A stretch of 64,000 nucleotides of DNA from Eledone cirrhosa (Eukaryota): contig OZ024741.1 in NCBI GenBank assembly GCA_964016885.1, positions 395,746,001-395,810,000 on the forward strand, in the 5' to 3' direction. This document shows, piece after piece, positions 1-12,282 of this stretch (positions are counted from its first letter, which is position 1; every line of letters begins with the position of its first letter). Made by a program: the position numbers and the translations under genes. The notes under the pieces are model-generated. The model did not search any database. It saw nothing but the letters and a program-made list of their open reading frames with translations, and was not told the origin of the DNA.

Positions 1-135
1 TGATGGTATACATAATGATAATAATAATTGATGGTTTATATAATGATAATAATAATTACTGGTATATATAATGATAATAATAATTAATGGTATATATATA
101 ATGATAATAATAATTAATGGTATATATTATAATAA
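1..135. repeat. AT-rich minisatellite, about 28-30 bp unit (TGGTATATATAATGATAATAATAATTAA-like)
   Basis: 4-5 imperfect tandem copies visible at the window start. Confidence 0.75.
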
Positions 136-368
136 TTGTTTCTACTCTTGGTACAAGGCCAGCAATTACCTAGTGTATTACTGGTACTTTATTTTATCGA
201 CCTCGTAAGTATGAAAGGTAAAGTTAACCTCGGCGGGATTTGAACTCAGTTTGGCAAGGGCCGTAACTATATTATAATAATTGTTTTTACTTTTGGCACA
301 AGGCCAGCAAATACCAGTGAGAATGTAAAGGGATGTAACTCTATGCTGCAAAGCATGATGTCCGACAT
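131..368 (-). mobile_element. Two truncated copies of tRNA-derived SINE family 1 (octopod-type)
   Basis: Matches the reverse complement of the full copies at 12823-13010 and 11785-12000 (GAGTTCAAATCCCGCCGAGGTTAACTTT...GTCGATAAAATAAAGTACCAGT...GGCCTTGTGCC...GTAGAAACAATT). Confidence 0.8.
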
Positions 369-623
369 ACTATATATGTATATGGTACCAATGATTGCTA
401 ATATATAATATGATAATCAGAATTAATGCTATAATGATTCAGATGATATCATAATGAAATAACAAATATATGTCAGAGTAAATATAATGTTTTAATTCTC
501 AACATCAAAATCTTCTGAATGGCTCTGAAATGTTCCTCAAATACTATTGCATCACAACATAGATTACATACTTTACAAACTATTGATTCAACCTTAAAAT
601 TCCATTGCTCCATGATCTAGAAT

Positions 624-884
624 GTTGTTGTTGTTTTTGTTATTACAGCTCACACCTATGTAGGTTGAGCTGGCCTCCTTCAAGGTTGTATCTCATTGGA
701 GGTTTCTTGGGTGTTTTAATGATAGGGACCCCAGTCCTATCATCTCATTTCTACACCTGAGTAAACTGAAGCAACGTGAAATAAAGTGTCTTTCTCAAAG
801 AAACAACACATCACCCGGTCCGATTGAACTCGCAACCTTCCGATTGTAAGCCCAATGCTCTAACCACTAAGCCATGTGCCTTCA
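624..884 (-). mobile_element. tRNA-derived SINE family 2 with 13-bp target-site duplication
   Basis: Minus strand has an A-box-like TGGCTTAGTGGTTAGAGC, a B-box-like GAGTTCAATC and a (CAA)n tail. It is flanked by CATGATCTAGAAT at 611-623 and 885-897. Its 5' part is shared with 13203-13540. Confidence 0.85.
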
Positions 885-1022
885 CATGATCTAGAATAAC
901 AGTATATATCCTTACAATGAGACTGCGTTACTTCTGAAACTAAACTCTTAGTGGACCCCTCACCCACAAATCAAACCATTCATTGCTCTTCAGTCATATT
1001 TTCAGGAAAACTAAAATCACTT

Positions 1023-4000
1023 TGTCTCCTAGCTTCAAATCACATTAGCCTTTAGTATTAAACCTTAAATAGTATTGCATGTCTCCTAGCTTCAAATCAG
1101 ATTAGCCTTTAGTATTAAACCTTAAATAGTATTGCATGTCTCCTAGCTTCAAATCAGATTAGCCTTTAGTATTAAACCTTAAATAGTATTGCATGTCTCC
1201 TAGCTTCAAATCACATTAGCCTTTAGTATTAAACCTTAAATAGTATTGCATGTCTCCTAGCTTCAAATCACATTAGCCTTTAGTATTAAACCTTAAATAG
1301 TATTGCATGTCTCCTAGCTTCAAATCAGATTAGCCTTTAGTATTAAACCTTAAATAGTATTGCATGTCTCCTAGCTTCAAATCACATTAGCCATTAGTAT
1401 TAAACCTTAAATAGTATTGCATGTCTCCTAGCTTCAAATCAGATTAGCCTTTAGTATTAAACCTTAAATAGTATTGCATGTCTCCTAGCTTCAAATCAGA
1501 TTAGCCTTTAGTATTAAACCTTAAATAGTATTGCATGTCTCCTAGCTTCAAATCAGATTAGCCTTTAGTATTAAACCTTAAATAGTATTGCATGTCTCCT
1601 AGCTTCAAATCAGATTAGCCTTTAGTATTAAACCTTAAATAGTATTGCATGTCTCCTAGCTTCAAATCACATTAGCCTTTAGTATTAAACCTTAAATAGT
1701 ATTGCATGTCTCCTAGCTTCAAATCAGATTAGCCTTTAGTATTAAACCTTAAATAGTATTGCATGTCTCCTAGCTTCAAATCAGATTAGCCTTTAGTATT
1801 AAACCTTAAATAGTATTGCATGTCTCCTAGCTTCAAATCACATTAGCCTTTAGTATTAAACCTTAAATAGTATTGCATGTCTCCTAGCTTCAAATCAGAT
1901 TAGCCTTTAGTATTAAAACTTAAATAGTATTGCATGTCTCCTAGCTTCAAATCAGATTAGCCTTTAGTATTAAACCTTAAATAGTATTGCATGTCTCCTA
2001 GCTTCAAATCACATTAGCCTTTAGTATTAAACCTTAAATAGTATTGCATGTCTCCTAGCTTCAAATCACATTAGCCTTTAGTATTAAACCTTAAATAGTA
2101 TTGCATGTCTCCTAGCTTCAAATCAGATTAACCTTTAGTATTAAACCCTAAATAGTATTGCATGTCTCCTAGCTTCAAATCACATTAGCCTTTAGTATTA
2201 AACCTTAAATAGTATTGCATGTCTCCTAGCTTCAAATCACATTAGCCTTTAGTATTAAACCTTAAATAGTATTGCATGTCTCCTAGCTTCAAATCACATT
2301 AGCCTTTAGTATTAAACCTTAAATAGTATTGCATGTCTCCTAGCTTCAAATCAGATTAGCCTTTAGTATTAAACCTTAAATAGTATTGCATGTCTCCTAG
2401 CTTCAAATCACATTAGCCTTTAGTATTAAACCTTAAATAGTATTGCATGTCTCCTAGCTTCAAATCACATTAGCCTTTAGTATTAAACCTTAAATAGTAT
2501 TGCATGTCTCCTAGCTTCAAATCAGATTAGCCTTTAGTATTAAACCTTAAATAGTATTGCATGTCTCCTAGCTTCAAATCACATTAGCCTTTAGTATTAA
2601 ACCTTAAATAGTATTGCATGTCTCCTAGCTTCAAATCACATTAGCCTTTAGTATTAAACCTTAAATAGTATTGCATGTCTCCTAGCTTCAAATCACATTA
2701 GCCTTTAGTATTAAACCTTAAATAGTATTGCATGTCTCCTAGCTTCAAATCACATTAGCCTTTAGTATTAAACCTTAAATAGTATTGCATGTCTCCTAGC
2801 TTCAAATCACATTAGCCTTTAGTATTAAACCTTAAATAGTATTGCATGTCTCATAGCTTCAAATCACATTAGCCTTTAGTATTAAACCTTAAATAGTATT
2901 GCATGTCTCCTAGCTTCAAATCAGATTAACCTTTAGTATTAAACCTTAAATAGTATTGCATGTCTCCTAGCTTCAAATCACATTAGCCTTTAGTATTAAA
3001 CCTTAAATAGTATTGCATGTCTCCTAGCTTCAAATCACATTAGCCTTTAGTATTAAACCTTAAATATTATTGCATGTCTCCTAGCTTCAAATCACATTAG
3101 CCTTTAGTATTAAACCTTAAATAGTATTGCATGTCTCCTAGCTTCAAATCAGATTAGCCTTTAGTATTAAACCTTAAATAGTATTGCATGTCTCCTAGCT
3201 TCAAATCAGATTAGCCTTTAGTATTAAACCTTAAATAGTATTGCATGTCTCCTAGCTTCAAATCACATTAGCCTTTAGTATTAAACCTTAAATAGTATTG
3301 CATGTCTCCTAGCTTCAAATCAGATTAGCCTTTAGTATTAAAACTTAAATAGTATTGCATGTCTCCTAGTTTCAAATCAGATTAGCCTTTAGTATTAAAC
3401 CTTAAATAGTATTGCATGTCTCCTAGCTTCAAATCACATTAGCCTTTAGTATTAAACCTTAAATAGTATTGCATGTCTCCTAGCTTCAAATCAGATTAAC
3501 CTTTAGTATTAAACCTTAAATAGTATTGCATGTCTCCTAGCTTCAAATCACATTAGCCTTTAGTATTAAACCTTAAATAGTATTGCATGTCTCCTAGCTT
3601 CAAATCACATTAGCCTTTAGTATTAAACCTTAAATAGTATTGCATGTCTCCTAGCTTCAAATCACATTAGCCTTTAGTATTAAACCTTAAATAGTATTGC
3701 ATGTCTCCTAGCTTCAAATCAGATTAGCCTTTAGTATTAAACCTTAAATAGTATTGCATGTCTCCTAGCTTCAAATCACATTAGCCTTTAGTATTAAACC
3801 TTAAATAGTATTGCATGTCTCCTAGCTTCAAATCACATTAGCCTTTAGTATTAAACCTTAAATAGTATTGCATGTCTCCTAGCTTCAAATCAGATTAGCC
3901 TTTAGTATTAAACCTTAAATAGTATTGCATGTCTCCTAGCTTCAAATCACATTAGCCTTTAGTATTAAACCTTAAATAGTATTGCATGTCTCCTAGCTTC

Positions 4001-7000
4001 AAATCACATTAGCCTTTAGTATTAAACCTTAAATAGTATTGCATGTCTCCTAGCTTCAAATCACATTAGCCTTTAGTATTAAACCTTAAATAGTATTGCA
4101 TGTCTCCTAGCTTCAAATCACATTAGCCTTTAGTATTAAACCTTAAATAGTATTGCATGTCTCCTAGCTTCAAATCACATTAGCCTTTAGTATTAAACCT
4201 TAAATAGTATTGCATGTCTCATAGCTTCAAATCACATTAGCCTTTAGTATTAAACCTTAAATAGTATTGCATGTCTCCTAGCTTCAAATCAGATTAACCT
4301 TTAGTATTAAACCTTAAATAGTATTGCATGTCTCCTAGCTTCAAATCACATTAGCCTTTAGTATTAAACCTTAAATAGTATTGCATGTCTCCTAGCTTCA
4401 AATCACATTAGCCTTTAGTATTAAACCTTAAATAGTATTGCATGTCTCCTAGCTTCAAATCAGATTAGCCTTTAGTATTAAACCTTAAATAGTATTGCAT
4501 GTCTCCTAGCTTCAAATCACATTAGCCTTTAGTATTAAACCTTAAATAGTATTGCATGTCTCCTAGCTTCAAATCACATTAGCCTTTAGTATTAAACCTT
4601 AAATAGTATTGCATGTCTCCTAGCTTCAAATCACATTAGCCTTTAGTATTAAACCTTAAATAGTATTGCATGTCTCCTAGCTTCAAATCACATTAGCCTT
4701 TAGTATTAAACCTTAAATAGTATTGCATGTCTCCTAGCTTCAAATCACATTAGCCTTTAGTATTAAACCTTAAATAGTATTGCATGTCTCCTAGCTTCAA
4801 ATCACATTAGCCTTTAGTATTAAACCTTAAATAGTATTGCATGTCTCATAGCTTCAAATCACATTAGCCTTTAGTATTAAACCTTAAATAGTATTGCATG
4901 TCTCCTAGCTTCAAATCAGATTAACCTTTAGTATTAAACCTTAAATAGTATTGCATGTCTCCTAGCTTCAAATCACATTAGCCTTTAGTATTAAACCTTA
5001 AATAGTATTGCATGTCTCCTAGCTTCAAATCACATTAGCCTTTAGTATTAAACCTTAAATAGTATTGCATGTCTCCTAGCTTCAAATCAGATTAGCCTTT
5101 AGTATTAAACCTTAAATAGTATTGCATGTCTCCTAGCTTCAAATCACATTAGCCTTTAGTATTAAACCTTAAATAGTATTGCATGTCTCCTAGCTTCAAA
5201 TCACATTAGCCTTTAGTATTAAACCTTAAATAGTATTGCATGTCTCCTAGCTTCAAATCAGATTAGCCTTTAGTATTAAACCTTAAATAGTATTGCATGT
5301 CTCCTAGCTTCAAATCACATTAGCCTTTAGTATTAAACCTTAAATAGTATTGCATGTCTCCTAGCTTCAAATCACATTAGCCTTTAGTATTAAACCTTAA
5401 ATAGTATTGCATGTCTCCTAGCTTCAAATCACATTAGCCTTTAGTATTAAACCTTAAATAGTATTGCATGTCTCCTAGCTTCAAATCACATTAGCCTTTA
5501 GTATTAAACCTTAAATAGTATTGCATGTCTCCTAGCTTCAAATCACATTAGCCTTTAGTATTAAACCTTAAATAGTATTGCATGTCTCCTAGCTTCAAAT
5601 CACATTAGCCTTTAGTATTAAACCTTAAATAGTATTGCATGTCTCCTAGCTTCAAATCACATTAGCCTTTAGTATTAAACCTTAAATAGTATTGCATGTC
5701 TCCTAGCTTCAAATCACATTAGCCTTTAGTATTAAACCTTAAATAGTATTGCATGTCTCCTAGCTTCAAATCAGATTAGCCTTTAGTATTAAACCTTAAA
5801 TAGTATTGCATGTCTCCTAGCTTCAAATCAGATTAGCCTTTAGTATTAAACCTTAAATAGTATTGCATGTCTCCTAGCTTCAAATCACATTAGCCTTTAG
5901 TATTAAACCTTAAATAGTATTGCATGTCTCCTAGCTTCAAATCAGATTAGCCTTTAGTATTAAACCTTAAATAGTATTGCATGTCTCCTAGCTTCAAATC
6001 AGATTAGCCTTTAGTATTAAACCTTAAATAGTATTGCATGTCTCCTAGCTTCAAATCAGATTAGCCTTTAGTATTAAACCTTAAATAGTATTGCATGTCT
6101 CCTAGCTTCAAATCAGATTAGCCTTTAGTATTAAACCTTAAATAGTATTGCATGTCTCCTAGCTTCAAATCAGATTAGCCTTTAGTATTAAACCTTAAAT
6201 AGTATTGCATGTCTCCTAGCTTCAAATCACATTAGCCTTTAGTATTAAACCTTAAATAGTATTGCATGTCTCCTAGCTTCAAATCAGATTAGCCTTTAGT
6301 ATTAAACCTTAAATAGTATTGCATGTCTCCTAGCTTCAAATCAGATTAGCCTTTAGTATTAAACCTTAAATAGTATTGCATGTCTCCTAGCTTCAAATCA
6401 GATTAGCCTTTAGTATTAAACCTTAAATAGTATTGCATGTCTCCTAGCTTCAAATCAGATTAGCCTTTAGTATTAAACCTTAAATAGTATTGCATGTCTC
6501 CTAGCTTCAAATCAGATTAGCCTTTAGTATTAAACCTTAAATAGTATTGCATGTCTCCTAGCTTCAAATCAGATTAGCCTTTAGTATTAAACCTTAAATA
6601 GTATTGCATGTCTCCTAGCTTCAAATCAGATTAACCTTTAGTATTAAACCTTAAATAGTATTGCATGTCTCCTAGCTTCAAATCACATTAGCCTTTAGTA
6701 TTAAACCTTAAATAGTATTGCATGTCTCCTAGCTTCAAATCACATTAGCCTTTAGTATTAAACCTTAAATAGTATTGCATGTCTCCTAGCTTCAAATCAC
6801 ATTAGCCTTTAGTATTAAACCTTTAATAGTATTGCATGTCTCCTAGCTTCAAATCAGATTAGCCTTTAGTATTAAACCTTAAATAGTATTGCATGTCTCC
6901 TAGCTTCAAATCACATTAGCCTTTAGTATTAAACCTTAAATAGTATTGCATGTCTCCTAGCTTCAAATCACATTAGCCTTTAGTATTAAACCTTAAATAG

Positions 7001-8152
7001 TATTGCATGTCTCCTAGCTTCAAATCAGATTAGCCTTTAGTATTAAACCTTAAATAGTATTGCATGTCTCCTAGCTTCAAATCACATTAGCCTTTAGTAT
7101 TAAACCTTAAATAGTATTGCATGTCTCCTAGCTTCAAATCACATTAGCCTTTAGTATTAAACCTTAAATAGTATTGCATGTCTCCTAGCTTCAAATCACA
7201 TTAGCCTTTAGTATTAAACCTTAAATAGTATTGCATGTCTCCTAGCTTCAAATCACATTAGCCTTTAGTATTAAACCTTAAATAGTATTGCATGTCTCCT
7301 AGCTTCAAATCAGATTAGCCTTTAGTATTAAACCTTAAATAGTATTGCATGTCTCCTAGCTTCAAATCACATTAGCCTTTAGTATTAAACCTTAAATAGT
7401 ATTGCATGTCTCCTAGCTTCAAATCAGATTAGCCTTTAGTATTAAACCTTAAATAGTATTGCATGTCTCCTAGCTTCAAATCACATTAGCCTTTAGTATT
7501 AAACCTTAAATAGTATTGCATGTCTCCTAGCTTCAAATCACATTAGCCTTTAGTATTAAACCTTAAATAGTATTGCATGTCTCCTAGCTTCAAATCACAT
7601 TAGCCTTTAGTATTAAACCTTAAATAGTATTGCATGTCTCCTAGCTTCAAATCACATTAGCCTTTAGTATTAAACCTTAAATAGTATTGCATGTCTCCTA
7701 GCTTCAAATCAGATTAGCCTTTAGTATTAAACCTTAAATAGTATTGCATGTCTCCTAGCTTCAAATCACATTAGCCTTTAGTATTAAACCTTAAATAGTA
7801 TTGCATGTCTCCTAGCTTCAAATCAGATTAGCCTTTAGTATTAAACCTTAAATAGTATTGCATGTCTCCTAGCTTCAAATCACATTAGCCTTTAGTATTA
7901 AACCTTAAATAGTATTGCATGTCTCCTAGCTTCAAATCACATTAGCCTTTAGTATTAAACCTTAAATAGTATTGCATGTCTCCTAGCTTCAAATCAGATT
8001 AGCCTTTAGTATTAAACCTTAAATAGTATTGCATGTCTCCTAGCTTCAAATCACATTAGCCTTTAGTATTAAACCTTAAATAGTATTGCATGTCTCCTAG
8101 CTTCAAATCACATTAGCCTTTAGTATTAAACCTTAAATAGTATTGCATGTCT
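1023..8152. repeat. 57-bp tandem satellite, 125 units (GTCTCCTAGCTTCAAATCA[C/G]ATTAGCCTTTAGTATTAAACCTTAAATAGTATTGCAT)
   Basis: Period is 57 (GTCT at 1024, 1081, 1138 ... 8149; 7125/57=125). All six frames of the unit contain stops. There are no spacers. Confidence 0.98.
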
Positions 8153-8333
8153 GCTATTTAGCATAAAAATGTTGCCTAAAATTCTATGACTGTCTCTTTC
8201 CGTAAAACTAGAGAAAATGAGCCTGAAATCACAGCTTTCATAACACAGATAGTATCAGCAACACTTACGTAAACATCATTACTTCATCCAATCTGATGAT
8301 CAGCTCCATTTTTGATTTTGTATTATTTTCCTA

Positions 8334-8625
8334 GCAGTGGATCGGCAGTATCGGTAGAGCGTCGGATATTATGCTTTGTGGCATATAATTACGTCCCTTT
8401 ACGTTCTGAGCTGAAATCCTGCCGAGGTTAGCTTTGCCTTCCATCCTTACCCGTCGTTAAAATAATGTATCAGTAATGCACTGGGGTCGTTTTAATCCAC
8501 TTTCTCGTCCCCTAAAACTGTTAGCCTTGTGTCTACCTTTCATCCTTACGGGGTCGATAAAATAAAGTACCAGTAATGCACTGGGTAATTGCTGGCCTTG
8601 TGTCTAAATCAGAAACCATTATTTT
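8334..8625 (+). mobile_element. SINE family 1 copy with an internally repeated 3' half
   Basis: Head GTGGATCGGCAGTATCGGTAGAGC; the segment CCTT(C/T)CATCCTTAC...AGTAATGCACTGGG...GCCTTGTGTCTA occurs twice. Confidence 0.8.
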
Positions 8626-8711
8626 TGTTTGGTGTATCTGAGAGGGCATATAAAGGCAAGGACCCCTGTCCCCTTTCCCTGAACAGCTTATTTAAAATAT
8701 CTTAAACAGTG

Positions 8712-9111
8712 TAATAATTGTTTCTACTTTTGGCATAAAGCCAGCAATTATCTCAGTGTATTACTGGTATTTTATTTAATCAACCCCGTAAGAATGAAAG
8801 CAAAGTTAACCTTGGCGGGATTTGAATTCAGAATAGCAAAGGCCGTAACTCTATGCTGCAAAGTATGATGCCTGATGCTCTACTGATTACTGCCAATCCA
8901 CCGCCCCTATAGAGTGTAATAATTGTTTCTACTATTGGCACAAGGCCAGCAATTAACCCAGTGCATTACTGGTACTTTATTTTATCGGCCCCGTAAGGAT
9001 GAAAGGCAAAGTTAACCTCCGCGGGATTTGAACTCAGAATGGCAAGGGCCGAAACTCTAAGCGTCAAAACACGGTGTCCGACCCTCTACCGATACTGCCA
9101 ATCCACCGCCG
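8712..9111 (-). mobile_element. Two tandem full-length SINE family 1 copies (about 8712-8907 and 8918-9111)
   Basis: Both run from head GGCGGTGGATTGGCAGTA to tail GTAGAAACAATT on the minus strand. Direct repeats AGTGTAATAAT lie at 8708, 8913 and 9121. Confidence 0.88.
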
Positions 9112-9163
9112 TTTTTATAGAGTGTAATAATGTGAATTATAACGGTATCAATTATCTTTACAG

Positions 9164-9281
9164 CCTTTCTGTAACCTTCCTACGAAGATGTTGTGTAAGG
9201 ATAACAGCATATGTGCAACGATTTGTGATAATCAAGAAGAATGTTCAGATGGAAGCGACGAGAAGAATTGTAATATAACAG
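9164..9281 (+). CDS. Internal coding exon: LDL-receptor class A (LDLa) module of the giant mucin-like gene
   Basis: Acceptor TATCTTTACAG| and donor ACAG|GTAGAG; 118 nt, phase 0 to 1. Translates PFCNLPTKMLCKDNSICATICDNQEECSDGSDEKNCNIT, with six Cys and the diagnostic CD-x4-C-x-DGSDE-x2-C motif. Not in the ORF track. Confidence 0.88.
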
Positions 9282-9708
9282 GTAGAGTATAAATCTATGT
9301 CAACGCCAACCTGTTTCTGTGTATGTGTGTTGAAAGAAGAAAGCAAACCACATACCATGCATAGAGCTCAACATTGTTAAAGGAAATAGATTACATACTG
9401 AAATATTGCTACATATCTACATGGGTTCCACTCACCACTGATATATACACACACACACGCACAACATACTCATCCCCTACTCTACACACACACACACGTC
9501 TGTTTCTGCATATATATATATATATATGTATATCCGGTTTGCTCAACTGGAATATTATTCATAGTGGTTGTTAGGTCTTATCGATTCCATAGACCGGTCC
9601 AGTTGTCACCAATCATAACTTGAGCTAATTGATTGTGAAACGCGCGTCATGATATGTATATGATGCAAACTTGATACTCCGTTCCCGCTTACTAATTATA
9701 TATATATG

Positions 9709-9753
<45 letters not shown>

Positions 9754-9772
9754 CTATCTATCTATCTATATA

Positions 9773-10769
9773 TGCAGTCCTGGGTCAAGCAGAGACCGAG
9801 GAAAATGGGCGACTGGCACATCGAATGTGCTCAGGCGCTCACAGCCCTCTGGCAGGCGGACCCGGCGATCAGTGGAGACTCCACTTCGTCATTCTATAGA
9901 GGGTTGGTCCGCAGCAAGTGCGACGACGCGCTCGGTGAAACTCTAGGCGTGGAGGAAGATGAACTGGCCAGTCTGTTCGGTAGGACCTTCCGCCCGGGAC
10001 CGATGGACAACTTCCAAAAGTCCCTGGCCTGGCAGTGCTACCGAGGAGCTCTACCAGTTCGAGACAAGCTCTACAGACATGGGCGCCCGGGCAGGAACCC
10101 TGCAAAAAAGATCTGTCCGAGGTGCGTGCGAGACGAAGAAACCGTCGCGCACGCATTCATACACTGCCCGGGCGTCACTGACCTGTGGGGCTATGTAGAA
10201 CGACTATTGTCGCGGGTGGGACCAATCCAGTTGACCACCGAGTCCATTGTCATGATCAAACCGCCACCCTCCTTCAAAAACGAAGGAGAGGCGGTTTTCC
10301 TTTGTGTGATAGCTATGGCGAAAGAGGTTGTATGGTGGACAAGGTTGAAAGGGCTGAGGTCAGACACCTTTCTCTCCGGCCAACAACCGATTCTTTTTTT
10401 CAAATACCACTTTAGAAGAAGAATCAGGATGGAGAGAGAGGTGCTGTACCCCAGCAAGTTTTATGAAAGGTGGGTGAAAGTGGCGAGAATGGCCCGAGTG
10501 AATGGGCCTTCTCTCTATATCAGCCTGTAGGTTGAGGAAAAGGAGGAGGAGAGGAAAGGAGTACAAGCTCTTCGTACTCCTAGAGATGAGGGTTGCACAT
10601 TTATTTTTCGGGGGTATGTGTTACCCATATAAACTGTCTCCCTCTATTGGGGAAAATCGACTAACTTTTAAATTCCATCTGTGATAACATTTTACACGTT
10701 TTTATTGTATGTAAACTTCCCCCTTTGTATTTGTCCCCTTCTTTTGTGCCCCTGTGTCTAATAAAGAAA
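9773..10769 (+). mobile_element. 5'-truncated Tx1/L1-type non-LTR retrotransposon (ORF2 C-terminus + 3' UTR) inserted in (TA)n
   Basis: ORF 9706-10530 from QSWVKQRPR is homologous to the ORF2 ends at 20870-21622 and 26750-27486, including CPRC...ETVAHAFIHC. It ends AATAAAGAAA and has (TA)n on both sides. Confidence 0.9.
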
Positions 10770-10773
10770 TATA

Positions 10774-10819
<46 letters not shown>

Positions 10820-10822
10820 CAT

Positions 10823-11025
10823 ATACGAGGGAACTTCAAAAGGTTTGTGGAAAAAGGACAGTTGGAAAAAATGGTTTAAGTTATGATGTTTATTTTTTAA
10901 CATATGCTCCATCAAGCGTTGGTCCAGTTGTGTAAAACTGAGCGCCGTGTGATTTAGACCATGTAAAAGCACCTTTTTTTACATCTTCAAATGGAGATCA
11001 TCTGCAACCTCATCTCTTCACAGTC
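10823..11025 (-). mobile_element. Degenerate mariner-type transposon end
   Basis: TA|CGAGGGAACTTCAAAAGG resembles a mariner terminal inverted repeat. The minus strand encodes DGAYVKK-stop, like a mariner transposase C-terminus. It sits in (TA)n. Confidence 0.5.
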
Positions 11026-11032
11026 ATATATA

Positions 11033-11068
<36 letters not shown>

Positions 11069-11281
11069 CGGGATAACAAATTATTGTTATAGGTAGTCCA
11101 CTTAGATGTAGTCCAGTTAGGGTACTCCGAGTAGTGGATAGTATCAACGCTTGGCTAAGTTTCACTCAACAAGACGTTTCCATAGTGATGCTGCGAGTAC
11201 GCGGTGATTTCTATGTAGTTTACACTTGGAGTAATAATAAATCAAGAAAGAAGAGTGACATGGTTTGCTATACAATAAGGG

Positions 11282-11414
11282 CTTTATTCTCATTGCTGAC
11301 AATTGTTTCTTTGATGTGGTAGGTCTAGAGGTCGCTACCCGCCTCTTTCCGCGTCAATCGATCACCAATACATTGTTATAACCAGTCAATTCATCAGAGC
11401 ATGCGAGAATGAAG
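11282..11414 (-). ncRNA. Type I hammerhead ribozyme-like motif
   Basis: Minus strand reads CTTCATTCTC-gca-TGCT CTGATGA a-TTGA...TCAA-a GAAAC AATT GTC^AGCA-at-GAGAATAAAG. It has the core CUGAUGA, GAAA and GUC, a paired stem I and a palindromic stem III (ACAATTGT). Confidence 0.65.
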
Positions 11415-11784
11415 GAAATACACAGGCATGGCTTCTATATATAGTAGTGGCATTAAATCAGAACAATAATAACAATATTAACAATACTAACAATAAATTA
11501 GCTAGACCGTAAATAGTTGAAATAATCACAACATCAATCTAAGTAAGATATAGAGTATACTGATGACTTTAGCATGTAAAACGAGCTGATATGAAGCAGA
11601 TGTATGAAATTGACATGTAAAAGCTGTCATGGGGTGTATTATATATAGTGTAGAGATTACCTGGGCTTGAAACAATGTACTATTTACTTTACTGTAGGTT
11701 TGCTGACCGTAAGAATTATTTATTATCTGACACATAAAATATTTTCATTGTAGTGAGGTTGGTAATTTTTGTTGTGGTGTAACT

Positions 11785-12000
11785 GGTGGATTGGCAGTAT
11801 CGGTAGAGGGTCGGACGCCATGCTTTATAGCAAATAGTTACGGCCCTTTATGTTCTGAGTTCACATCCCGCCGAGGTTAACTTTGCCATTCATCCTTACG
11901 GGGTCGATAAAATAAAGTACCAGTCACGCACTGGTGTCGATTTAATCGACTTTCCTCTCCCCCAAATTGCTGGCCTTGTGCCTATATAAGAAACTAATAT
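11785..12000 (+). mobile_element. SINE family 1, long variant
   Basis: Head GGTGGATTGGCAGTATCGGTAGAG, B-box-like GAGTTCACATCCC, internal GTCGATTTAATCGAC hairpin, tail GGCCTTGTGCCTATATAAGAAAC. Confidence 0.88.
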
Positions 12001-12282
12001 TGAGTACGTGTGTGTTTGTGTGCCTGTGTGTCCGCATATGTGAGCGAAAGACTGCATGTATATGTGTGTATTTGTATTTCCATGTAGACGCACATATACT
12101 TATGTGTGAATGTATAAATGTACCTATTATTACGTATATACGTGAGTTTGTATATGTTTATGTATTTGGATATTTATATATATATTTTTCCCCTCAATTT
12201 ATGCCCGTTATTTTATTTCAACATCATTTTCATTTATCCTAAACTCTGTTTTCAAATCCATATCACTATTCCATAATAAAAA

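Noticed and set aside
1023-8152. CRISPR array or coding repeat (57 is a multiple of 3)
   Set aside because: There are no unique spacers or cas genes, the context is eukaryotic, and all six frames have a stop in every unit.
11680-11770. Possible extra micro-exons after TTTACTGTAG and TTTTCATTGTAG
   Set aside because: There is no convincing donor, phase-compatible frame or recognisable peptide, and they are not needed for the in-frame model.
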